Assembly: GCA_041649715.1 (NCBI GenBank)
Contig: JBAZMP010000001.1
Span: 309,287-373,286, forward strand
Reading direction: 5' to 3'
Origin: Patescibacteria group bacterium
GTDB taxonomy: Bacteria > Patescibacteriota > Patescibacteriia > JAXHNJ01
DNA length: 64,000 bases
Shown here piece by piece: positions 20,068 through 30,531 of this stretch. Position numbers and translations under genes: made by a program. The notes below the pieces were generated by a model that saw only the letters and a list, made by a program, of their open reading frames with translations, was not told where the DNA came from and searched no databases. Each line of letters begins with the position of its first letter. The first letter of the stretch is position 1.

Positions 20068-20193
20068 ATAAATTTCAAATTACAAATCTCAAGTTCCAAA
20101 TAAATTCCAATGACCAAAATTTCAAACTTTTTAAACTATCTGGTGTTTTGGTCATTTGATCATTGAAAGTTGGTGCTTGGAATTTGGAATTTG
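20068..20193. repeat. Two-armed heptamer palindrome element
   Basis: AAATTTC/AAATTAC/AATGACC arm and complementary GGTCATT/GGAATTT arm. Confidence 0.7.
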
Positions 20194-20218
20194 TTTGACT
20201 AATATTTACAAAATAGTC

Positions 20219-20542
20219 GTGAACATCTCAAAATTACAGAAATATATTCTTATCACGGCCTACCTAAACCGCGGCAAAAAAATGAGCCGAAAAGGGTTTG
20301 AGAAATTTTATTATTCATATAAAAACAAGCCGAAAAGAGAGGATATTCAGAATATCATTACCAAGTCTTCGGAGCGCCTGATAGACAAGGAAATGCTCGT
20401 CGGCTACGGCCGGAGGACGCCCCACAAATGGTTTATCGACGAGATAAGCCTGACCGCCAAAGGCAAAAGAACAGCCAAGAAAATGTTAGGGGAACAGCAG
20501 CAGCTTCCTTTTAAAATTAACACAAAGGGAAAAAAGAAATGA
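20219..20542 (+). CDS. Basic hypothetical protein, possibly winged-helix
   Basis: Likely GTG start downstream of the repeat; ERLIDKEMLV...ISLTAKGK pattern. Confidence 0.55.
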   Translation: MNISKLQKYILITAYLNRGKKMSRKGFEKFYYSYKNKPKREDIQNIITKSSERLIDKEMLVGYGRRTPHKWFIDEISLTAKGKRTAKKMLGEQQQLPFKINTKGKKK

Positions 20543-22032
20543 AAAAAATCATCATTATTTTCGGCTTATTATTGATCCTGGTGCCGATTAAAACTTCCGC
20601 CGACGGGATGATTGTGCCGATGCCAGATTATTACATGTATGAATCCGACCAGCGGGCGGTCATTTTGTACGAAGGCGGCACCCAGACGGAAACCATGGTC
20701 TTGTCGGTTAAGTTCCAGGGCAATGCCAAAGATTTTGCCTGGATAATTCCCGTGCCGAACCAGCCGGAGATAACCAAGGGATCGGATACTTTGTTTACGG
20801 CTGTTTCGGAGTTGACACAAGGCAATTATTATAATTATTACGGTGCGTCCGAACTGGGCTTGGGCTCGACCCGGAATGTCACTCAAGATGTAAGCGTGGT
20901 CGAGACCAAAAAAGTCGATTATTACGATATCACGACGCTGACCTCTACTGATAGCCAGGCCTTAGTTAAGTGGCTGAACGACAACGGTTATCCGTATCCC
21001 GCCGGCAGTGAATATATTTTTAACAGTTACATTACCAATAACTGGTACTTTGTCGCCTTGAAGATCGACACCACCGCCCTGGCCGGTACGGCCGCCACCA
21101 CTGATCTAAGGGAGGGCCACGCCACCCCGCTCAAATTGACGTTTAAGGCCAAAAATTTGGTTTACCCTTTAAAAATCTCTTCTGTCGTTACGGAATCTAT
21201 CACTAAAAAAACCAATACCAATACGAATAACAACCTGAATACCAACAGCCCCTATATTTTGGAGGATACAAGCACCGGTCCGGCCGTCGATAGCGCCATT
21301 TATCCTTACTATCCTTCGCAGGTGAGCGTGGAGCTTTATATTCTGGCCGACCATAAAAAGACACTGGCGAATTTCACCACCGCTTACGGCAATTGGGTGA
21401 AAAAAAGCGTTATCGAAGATTGGGCGGCGAATGACCAGGGCGATCCCTTGCTTTCCCCCTCCCGGGACAAATATTTTTTGACCAAGCTGACCCGGCAAAT
21501 GACCTATTTCCAGATGAGCGAGGATCTGTTCCCGCGGGACGCCAGCGACAATAAGAAAGTGATCAGCGGCAGTCAGTATGATTGGCTGAATCTTGAAGTT
21601 ATCCTTATGTTCCTTTTGGCGGTCAGCCTGTACACGGTTTTTATCTTTGCCATCGGTATTTTTTCGCCCCTGGGTCTGGCCTTTGTTATTTTTACGCTGG
21701 TCCAGTTTAAGGCAAAGAGTAGGGCCTGGCGGATAATCGCCTGGATCGTTCAGATAGGAGTGACGGCGGTATATTATCTGGTTGCGGCCGTGATCATTCT
21801 CGCCTTTTTAGGCAGTCCATACGGTCTGGCCGAACTGCCCCGCAGCCTGATTTCCGGCGGTTACAGTTCCAGCGAATTTCTTTCCTCTGATAGTCTGATC
21901 TGGCTCTTTACCTTTTTGCTGCCCCTGGCCGTTTTCCTGGCCCTGCCGGTTTTGACCCTGGTCTGGCAGTCAAGATACCGGAAAAATCGGGCCTTAAAAC
22001 CCGCGGCCATTAACAATTTAAATAAAAAATAA
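20539..22032 (+). CDS. DUF2330-like secreted domain with C-terminal TM helices
   Basis: Signal peptide, FAWIIPVP, L.KWL.DNGY, WYFVALK, YPLKIS. Confidence 0.7.
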   Translation: MKKIIIIFGLLLILVPIKTSADGMIVPMPDYYMYESDQRAVILYEGGTQTETMVLSVKFQGNAKDFAWIIPVPNQPEITKGSDTLFTAVSELTQGNYYNYYGASELGLGSTRNVTQDVSVVETKKVDYYDITTLTSTDSQALVKWLNDNGYPYPAGSEYIFNSYITNNWYFVALKIDTTALAGTAATTDLREGHATPLKLTFKAKNLVYPLKISSVVTESITKKTNTNTNNNLNTNSPYILEDTSTGPAVDSAIYPYYPSQVSVELYILADHKKTLANFTTAYGNWVKKSVIEDWAANDQGDPLLSPSRDKYFLTKLTRQMTYFQMSEDLFPRDASDNKKVISGSQYDWLNLEVILMFLLAVSLYTVFIFAIGIFSPLGLAFVIFTLVQFKAKSRAWRIIAWIVQIGVTAVYYLVAAVIILAFLGSPYGLAELPRSLISGGYSSSEFLSSDSLIWLFTFLLPLAVFLALPVLTLVWQSRYRKNRALKPAAINNLNKK

Positions 22033-22035
22033 TCT

Positions 22036-22572
22036 ATGGTCCAATATTACATCCCGGAAAAGAAGGCGGCCGAGGAAAAATCCAAAATGGAGAAAAAGAA
22101 AAAAGACGAAATATACTCCTGGAGCATTTTTTTCGGCGTGCTTCTGACGGTCGTTCTCATCACCCTTTATGAAAAAACAATGCTCGATCTGCCCCGTTTT
22201 TTCAACCCCTATTATCAGGATTGCCATCGGGCCAACCTGATCCTTTGTGAGACGATCAAGTATGAGGCGGCCCGTCTGTTCTTGTTTTTGGCGATAGTTG
22301 CCCCTCTTCTGGTCATCGCCTTGATTTTGTATCTGGCCGGCCGAAAAAAACCGGTCAAAAGCCAGTCCAAGATCCTGAAAAGGGCTTATTACATTTCGGT
22401 CCTGGTCGTGGCCTCTCATCTGTTTATCGCCTTCGCCCTTTTCCTTTTTCGCCATTACCGCGAGATCGGCGTTTATGTCATCTTGGGCTGTTTTGCCCTC
22501 ACGTTCATCATTCTGATCATTTGGCTGCAGCGGCGGCACAACCGGCCGAAAGAAGGCATTATTAATCAATAA
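22036..22572 (+). CDS. 4-TM membrane protein
   Basis: Four hydrophobic segments; operonic spacing. Confidence 0.65.
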   Translation: MVQYYIPEKKAAEEKSKMEKKKKDEIYSWSIFFGVLLTVVLITLYEKTMLDLPRFFNPYYQDCHRANLILCETIKYEAARLFLFLAIVAPLLVIALILYLAGRKKPVKSQSKILKRAYYISVLVVASHLFIAFALFLFRHYREIGVYVILGCFALTFIILIIWLQRRHNRPKEGIINQ

Positions 22573-22585
22573 CTATCTCAAATCT

Positions 22586-23083
22586 ATGTCCATCCCCGCT
22601 AAAATTAAAAATTATCTGACAAAAAACAAGCTTAAATTCGAGATCTTAAAGCATAAAACGGTATTTACCGCCTACGATCTCGCCCAGACGACCAGAACCA
22701 AGCTGGCTGAAATCGGCAAGACGCTCTTTGTCAAAGCGGACAAAGATTATTATCTGGTGGTTTTGCCGGCTCACCGGCGGCTGAACATCCCCAAGCTGAA
22801 AGGTCTTTTAAAGGCGAAGAAGATCAGCATCGCAAGAGAAAATGAGATGAAGACCAAGCTTGGGATAAAACCCGGCGCCATCACCCCCTTTGGCAGCCTC
22901 TATAAGATCTCCATCGTCATGGACAAATCGCTGGCCAAGGCGCAGAAAGCCTTGTTCGGGGCGGGCAGTTTCACGGAAAGCCTAAGGTTTAAACTGAAGG
23001 ATTACATCAAGTTTGAAAAACCGATCACCGGTGACGTGGGGGAGGCCTCGGACCTTAAATTGCAGGTAAAAAAGAAAAAATAA
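22586..23083 (+). CDS. YbaK/EbsC aminoacyl-tRNA deacylase family
   Basis: H..VFTA, IGKTL, LVVLPA, GAITPFG. Confidence 0.85.
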   Translation: MSIPAKIKNYLTKNKLKFEILKHKTVFTAYDLAQTTRTKLAEIGKTLFVKADKDYYLVVLPAHRRLNIPKLKGLLKAKKISIARENEMKTKLGIKPGAITPFGSLYKISIVMDKSLAKAQKALFGAGSFTESLRFKLKDYIKFEKPITGDVGEASDLKLQVKKKK

Positions 23084-23134
23084 AGGGAAAAATGAGGGAA
23101 AAGTTGAAAATCTGCGGGGCCGGTTTTTCGAGCC

Positions 23135-23264
23135 TGCCCGCGCGCTACGGCCGGAGAGCCCGGGCGTATTTTAAAAAGACCTTGGCATGTACCAAGCCAT
23201 CCGCCTTAGCCGGCTGAACAAAAAATCCCGGCATCACTTCCGGCCTTAATAAGCTGCGTCGGCA
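23135..23264. ncRNA. Candidate structured ncRNA (long imperfect hairpin)
   Basis: TGCC/GGCA, GGCCGGA/TCCGGCC, CCGGG/CCCGG and CTTGG/CCAAG nested pairings in a GC-rich intergenic region. Confidence 0.35.
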
Positions 23265-23302
23265 TCGTTTTTCCAAAATGGCCACGTTAAAAATATCTTG
23301 CC

Positions 23303-24010
23303 ATGTACAAAATTAAGATCGAACAATTTGAGGGGCCGCTGGACTTATTGCTTCAGCTAATAGAGGAGCAGAAACTGGAAATTACCCAGGTGTCCTTATC
23401 AACCGTTACCGAACAGTATATCGCGATTCTGGACCAGAATACGTCCATCCCGCCCGAAGAGCTGGCGGATTTTCTGGTGGTGGCGGCCAAGCTTTTGTTC
23501 ATTAAATCAAGGGCCTTGTTGCCCTATTTGTCGCCCGACGAGGAAGACTTAGGCAGCGAGCTTGAACAGCAGCTTAAGATGTACCGGCTTTTTTACGAGG
23601 CCTCCAGGGTCATCCATAAGATGATCCTCAAAAAAAGGTTCTGTTTTTACCGGGAGACCAGCCGTCTGATCATCCCCGTCTTCATTCCGCCGGAAAACAT
23701 CACCGTCCGGGATCTGGGACATTTTTTTCGGGCGATTTTACGTGAGATCGAGCCGATTATCGAGATTCCCAGACAGGCGATGCACCGGACCATTTCTATC
23801 CGCGAGAAGATCAGCCAGATCAAGGAATTTATCTTCCAAAGCGAAGGCCTCAATTTCAAGAATTTGATCAAAGAAGCCAAATCCCGGACGGAAATCATCG
23901 TTACCTTTCTGGCTTTGCTGGAGCTGGTCAAGCAGCGGGACATCGCCGTTTGCCAAAACAGTATTTTTTGTGATATTAACATTAAAAAAATTAATCCATC
24001 AATAACATGA
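23303..24010 (+). CDS. scpA: Segregation and condensation protein A
   Basis: FEGPLDLLLQLI, FLVVAAKL..IKSRALLP, TFLALLEL. Confidence 0.93.
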   Translation: MYKIKIEQFEGPLDLLLQLIEEQKLEITQVSLSTVTEQYIAILDQNTSIPPEELADFLVVAAKLLFIKSRALLPYLSPDEEDLGSELEQQLKMYRLFYEASRVIHKMILKKRFCFYRETSRLIIPVFIPPENITVRDLGHFFRAILREIEPIIEIPRQAMHRTISIREKISQIKEFIFQSEGLNFKNLIKEAKSRTEIIVTFLALLELVKQRDIAVCQNSIFCDINIKKINPSIT

Positions 24011-24639
24011 GTTTAAAAACAAAAATCGAAAGCCTACTCTTTGTTTCTTTAAGGCCGCTTTCTTCAACCAAGATCGCCGAACTTTTGGCGGCCGAAAAAG
24101 GGGAAGTGGAGACCGCTCTTGAAGATCTAAAAACCGAGATGAACGGAAGCGAACGCGGAATAACGCTGATGCAACTGGGGACAAAATATCAGCTTTCGAC
24201 TTCTCCGGACAACTCAAAGATCGTCCGGCAGTATCTCAAAGACGAGCAAACCGGCGAACTGACCCGTCCGGCCCTGGAAACCCTGACCATCATCGCTTAC
24301 CGGGGGCCCATCACCAAGGCCGATCTGGATGTCATCAGGGGCGTCAACTGCGCTCTTATTCTGCGCAACCTGATGATCAAGGGCCTGATAGAAGCGATTG
24401 AAGACAAGGCGAAAATGACCCATTATTACCAGGTGACTTTTGATTTTTTGAAATTTCTGGGGTTGGCTGAAGCGAAAGAGCTGCCTGACTTTGAAAAACT
24501 TAATAAGGACGAGAATCTTTTTAAACTTCTCCATCCGGACTCATCGCTTCCCCAGGGCGGGCCGGAAGAAGCGGCAAAAAAACCTGAAAATAGCCCGCCA
24601 AATCCTGAAAGCCTTCCGGTCGATCCGGCTCAAACCTGA
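24007..24639 (+). CDS. scpB: Segregation and condensation protein B
   Basis: IESLLFVS, ALETLTIIAYRGPIT, IRGVN, FLKFLGL. Confidence 0.93.
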   Translation: MSLKTKIESLLFVSLRPLSSTKIAELLAAEKGEVETALEDLKTEMNGSERGITLMQLGTKYQLSTSPDNSKIVRQYLKDEQTGELTRPALETLTIIAYRGPITKADLDVIRGVNCALILRNLMIKGLIEAIEDKAKMTHYYQVTFDFLKFLGLAEAKELPDFEKLNKDENLFKLLHPDSSLPQGGPEEAAKKPENSPPNPESLPVDPAQT

Positions 24640-24789
24640 TTTACAATCATTGAAAAATATTGTATATTAAAGACTGATTACGCCGCCTTTTTCCCAAGTT
24701 TTCTTAAGGACTTGACGAATAGACCTCTTTTAAAGCCATCATTCCGATCGACGGGGTGCGGCCGAGGGCGGCATTTTACGAATTTACCC

Positions 24790-25605
24790 ATGATTCAGAA
24801 AATCAAAGGCAAAAAATCTTCTGTTTCTCCCCTGGTCATTGCCAACTGGAAGATGAATCTTCTTTATCAGTCAACTGAAGAATTGATCATTGAATTGCGC
24901 GAAAAGCTGAAAAATTTCCACCACAAGTGCCATATTGTTGTTTGTCCCTCTTCCGTCTATCTGGACCGGGCCAGGCAATTACTGATCGCTTCAAAGATCG
25001 AGCTCGGGGCGCAGGACGCTTTTTGGGAGTTAACGGGCAATTACACCTCGCAGATTTCCGTCAATATGCTCAAGGAATTCTTCTGCCGGTACGTCATTAT
25101 CGGGCATTCCGAGCGTCGGCTTTACACCGGGGAAAACGACGAGATAGTCGACCGGAAAACGGTGACCGCCGTCCGGAACGGCCTGATCCCGATTGTCTGC
25201 GTCGGCGAGACACAGGAACAGCGGCGCGAAGGGGTCCAGGCCATGGTGATCGCCGACCAGGTGAAGAAAGCTCTGCGCTACGTCAATCCTCTGTTTCCGC
25301 ATGAGCGGATTATCATCGCTTATGAGCCGGTCTGGTCGATTTATCCCGGTCAGCCCTGTCATCCCGCCCAGGCGCGGGAAGTCGCCCTGATCGTCAGGCA
25401 GGCCCTGATCGACAGTTATCCCGAAAGCGTGGTTGATAATAACATAAAGATCGTTTACGGCGGCAGCGTCAACGAGACGAACGTAAATGATTATGCCGAC
25501 GGCAGTTTTTTCCAGGGTGTTTTGGTGGGCAACGCTTCGCTTCAAGCCGATAAACTTATAAAAATAATAAAAAATATCAGTCATAAAAAGATAGAAAGGA
25601 GATAA
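24790..25605 (+). CDS. tpiA: Triosephosphate isomerase (divergent)
   Basis: NWKMN, GHSERR, CVGET, AYEPVW, YGGSV; ATG at 24790 preferred over the upstream TTG. Confidence 0.88.
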   Translation: MIQKIKGKKSSVSPLVIANWKMNLLYQSTEELIIELREKLKNFHHKCHIVVCPSSVYLDRARQLLIASKIELGAQDAFWELTGNYTSQISVNMLKEFFCRYVIIGHSERRLYTGENDEIVDRKTVTAVRNGLIPIVCVGETQEQRREGVQAMVIADQVKKALRYVNPLFPHERIIIAYEPVWSIYPGQPCHPAQAREVALIVRQALIDSYPESVVDNNIKIVYGGSVNETNVNDYADGSFFQGVLVGNASLQADKLIKIIKNISHKKIERR

Positions 25606-25611
25606 GCCGCC

Positions 25612-27533
<1,922 letters not shown>

Positions 27534-27549
27534 AATCTTTCGAAAGGAG

Positions 27550-27741
27550 GTGAATAAGTTGAAACTTACTTATCGTGTCTTGGCCGAGTCTTTGTGGTGG
27601 TTTGGTTTTATCTGCGCCATTTTTGGCGTGGTAACCGAAATCTCCGGCCAGCAAGTTTATCTTTCCTCGTATTTTTATCTGGAAATGGCGGTCGTCTCCT
27701 TTTTGGGCGGTATTCTGGTCGTGCTCAAGGAGCGGAAATAA
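27550..27741 (+). CDS. Small 2-TM membrane protein
   Basis: Two hydrophobic helices; AAGGAG immediately upstream; start uncertain. Confidence 0.5.
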   Translation: MNKLKLTYRVLAESLWWFGFICAIFGVVTEISGQQVYLSSYFYLEMAVVSFLGGILVVLKERK

Positions 27742-27919
27742 CCGGCTTTCCAAACTCAATTCATTAAAAAAGGTTCTTCCCAAAATGTATGGCCTGGAGG
27801 AAGTATTAAATCGTCTAATTTTTCGTATTAAAAGATAAATTTTAGTATTTTTTTACCGCCTTTGCCTTTTTAAAAAAACTGGTCAAGCCCGGCGGAAAAT
27901 TGCCTTAGATTCAAATTTA

Positions 27920-27997
27920 GCCGCCTTCGTCTAGCCCGGTCCAGGACGCGTCCCTCTCACGGACGAAACATGGGTTCGAATCCCGTAGGCGGTACCA
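27920..27997 (+). tRNA. tRNA-Glu (anticodon CTC) with encoded CCA
   Basis: Acceptor GCCGCCT/AGGCGGT, anticodon arm CGTCC-CTCTCAC-GGACG, T loop TTCGAAT, 3' ACCA. Confidence 0.95.
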
Positions 27998-28029
27998 GAT
28001 ATAAGTATTATAAACAACTAATATAATAA

Positions 28030-28674
28030 ATGATTATGTTCGAAACAACACCAAAATCATCCGACCCGCTTGATATGTTCGAGGTGACACCAAAATCGCC
28101 CGCCCCGCCTAATCTGCCGGCCGAAAAAAATACGGCGGTCGGCTCGCGACTTCCCGAGGAGCTATTGGATGAAGTGATGGAAGGCGGCTCCGGCAAGGGC
28201 AAGAAGATAATCCTGGTTATTTTAGGCGTTATCATCCTGGCGGGGCTGGTTTTTGGCGGTTATATTTTATACAACAAATATTTCGGCGCCCCTTCTGAAA
28301 ATGAAAATATCAGTAATATCAGTAATCAGGCCGGAAACAAGAATATCACGATCCCACCGGCCGATATCCAGGCCCTGGCTCTCTGCTATTTAAAAGAACA
28401 TGCTGACGCCTCTTTCTATTTTCCCGCCGGACTGATAAGGGGAGATTACGAAAAGGCGGCGGCTAACGCGGCCGGCTGCGCAAGTTTCAGCGCCGATGAA
28501 TTGAGCGCCATCTTTTATTATTTTACCCTTGATCCGGATCAGGACGGCCTGAATTACGTCGTGGAGCAAAAATACGGCACGGACAACAGCAAGAAGGACA
28601 CGGACGGGGATTCCTACGGCGATCTTGTCGAGATAAACGGCGGCTATAATCCTTTAGGGCCGGGAAAATTATAA
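28030..28674 (+). CDS. Single-TM protein with C-terminal DxDxDG calcium-binding repeats
   Basis: DPDQDGL..E..YGTD...DTDGDSYGD..EI..GYNP. Confidence 0.7.
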   Translation: MIMFETTPKSSDPLDMFEVTPKSPAPPNLPAEKNTAVGSRLPEELLDEVMEGGSGKGKKIILVILGVIILAGLVFGGYILYNKYFGAPSENENISNISNQAGNKNITIPPADIQALALCYLKEHADASFYFPAGLIRGDYEKAAANAAGCASFSADELSAIFYYFTLDPDQDGLNYVVEQKYGTDNSKKDTDGDSYGDLVEINGGYNPLGPGKL

Positions 28675-28769
28675 ATTTATGGGTGCCAGAAACCTTTATT
28701 TTCCGCTTGTTTTAAGGCAAAATTTAATTTATAATATATATGGCATCAAATAAAGAAGGAGGAAATCCC

Positions 28770-29339
28770 ATGAAAAAATATATAATATTAGGCTTAATCG
28801 TTATCGTGGTGGTAGCCGGATTGCTGGCCTTGTTTTGGTTTTATCCGGGGATTTTCCCTTTTGGGCAGAACAAAAATTCCGCCTCCCAGAATACCAATTT
28901 AACCGCGAACACTAATGCGTCGGTCAATCAAAACACGAACACGCCAGCCGTAAATCTTAACATCAGTCTCAAGACGGGGAGCATTCAGGTAAATAAGGCC
29001 GTCACCTACAGAAACATTGAATTTAAGGTCTTGACCGCTGACAAGTCAAGCGTATTTGAAAAGATGGAGGCAGGCAGCGGCCAGACGCTGGTCGGACTGT
29101 ATCTGGAAAGGATAACCGGAGGCAACATTGTTGACATCTCTTCCTGGCTGAGAACAGAGATCAAGCTTAAAAACAGCCAAGGCCGGGAGTTTTCGCTTTT
29201 CGGCTATAATTTGCCCGGGGGAAGCGCCCCTTCCTATTCCGCCAGTTATCTGGTCTTTGAAACCGGCCAGAAAGATAGCGGCTTTTCCCTGAATTTCGGC
29301 ACGGGCGAGGCCTTTCAGACTATCGATTTAGGTTTTTAA
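28770..29339 (+). CDS. Single-TM protein, Asn-rich stalk, Ig-like (DUF4352-like) domain
   Basis: GGAGG SD before ATG 28770; NTNLTANTNASVNQNTN stalk; terminal LVFE..F.LNF. Confidence 0.6.
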   Translation: MKKYIILGLIVIVVVAGLLALFWFYPGIFPFGQNKNSASQNTNLTANTNASVNQNTNTPAVNLNISLKTGSIQVNKAVTYRNIEFKVLTADKSSVFEKMEAGSGQTLVGLYLERITGGNIVDISSWLRTEIKLKNSQGREFSLFGYNLPGGSAPSYSASYLVFETGQKDSGFSLNFGTGEAFQTIDLGF

Positions 29340-29399
29340 GTTAATCCTTTAAAACTATCCTTTTTTAGATACTTTGGATAGTTTTAAAATTAATTATTT

Positions 29400-30527
29400 A
29401 TGAAAATAGCGATTGTCACGCAAAGTTATTATCCGATCAAGGGAGGGGTGGCGGAGCATGTCCATGCTCTTTCCGGAGAGCTGGAAAAATTAGGGCATAA
29501 AGTCGTCATCATCACCGCCAATTTTACCGGTTTGGACGATAATTATGGACGTTGTGTCTATCGGATCGGCCGCGACTTGACGATTCCGATAAACGGCGCC
29601 TTCAACAACATGACGGTCGGTTTTTCCTTAAAAAAACAGTTGGAGGAAATTGAAAGCAAGGAAAAATTTGATCTTATCCATATCCATCAGCCGATTGACC
29701 CGATCCTGCCTTTAATGGCTTTGAAATATTTAAAAGCCCCCAAAGTCGGCACTTTCCATACCTACAGCGAGGGAAGCTATATTTTGGAGACTTTAAAGAA
29801 TCAGGCCAAGCCTTTTTTTGATCGTCTTTCCGGCTTGATCGCGGTCTCGTCTTCCGCGCGGGAATACATCACCCGGTATCTGCCCGGTGATTACCGGATA
29901 ATCCCCAACGGCGTGGACACCACCCGGTTTTCTCCCGAAGTGGAGCCCTTGGAAGGATATAAAAATAGCCGCGATTTCAAGATATTATTTGTGGGCAGAA
30001 TGGACCCCCGCAAGGGTTTTAAGTATTTGTTGAGGGCTTTCCCTCTGATCTATCAAAAGATCACCAATGTCCGCCTGATCGTGGTGGGCAATGGATTTTT
30101 GCGGACGTTTTACCATTTATCCCTGCCTTCCGTTCTGCGGCCCAGAGTGGATTACCGGGGTTTTGTTTCAAGGGCCGATCTGCCCCGGTATTATGCCTCC
30201 TGTGATGTTTACTGTTCGCCGGCCACCATGGGCGAAAGTTTCGGCATCGTTCTTTTGGAAGCGATGGCCTCGGGCAAGCCGGTCATCGCCTCGGATATCC
30301 GGGGTTATAATTCCATTCTGGAAGACGGCCGCCAGGGATATTTAGTGCCCAAAGAAAATCCCCTGGCTTTGGCGGAAAAAATCATTGATTTGGCCTGTGA
30401 CCAGAAAAAAAGAGAAATGATGGGGGCGGCTGGCCGGCAAAAAGCCCTGACCTTTGATTGGGGGAGGGTGGCGAAAGAGATTGAGGGACTATACCGGGAA
30501 GTTCTGGGGAAAAAGGGAAAGTCATAA
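29400..30527 (+). CDS. GT4 glycosyltransferase (PimA-like)
   Basis: GGVAEH, IPNGVD, FVGR..PRKG, ESFGIVLLEAMA. Confidence 0.88.
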   Translation: MKIAIVTQSYYPIKGGVAEHVHALSGELEKLGHKVVIITANFTGLDDNYGRCVYRIGRDLTIPINGAFNNMTVGFSLKKQLEEIESKEKFDLIHIHQPIDPILPLMALKYLKAPKVGTFHTYSEGSYILETLKNQAKPFFDRLSGLIAVSSSAREYITRYLPGDYRIIPNGVDTTRFSPEVEPLEGYKNSRDFKILFVGRMDPRKGFKYLLRAFPLIYQKITNVRLIVVGNGFLRTFYHLSLPSVLRPRVDYRGFVSRADLPRYYASCDVYCSPATMGESFGIVLLEAMASGKPVIASDIRGYNSILEDGRQGYLVPKENPLALAEKIIDLACDQKKREMMGAAGRQKALTFDWGRVAKEIEGLYREVLGKKGKS

Positions 30528-30531
30528 AATT

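Noticed and set aside
23092-23217. 41-codon ORF in the ybaK-scpA gap
   Set aside because: No recognisable motif; base-pairing explains the region better
27920-27997. tRNA-Glu as an integration site
   Set aside because: No duplicate of its 3' end and no integrase seen in the window
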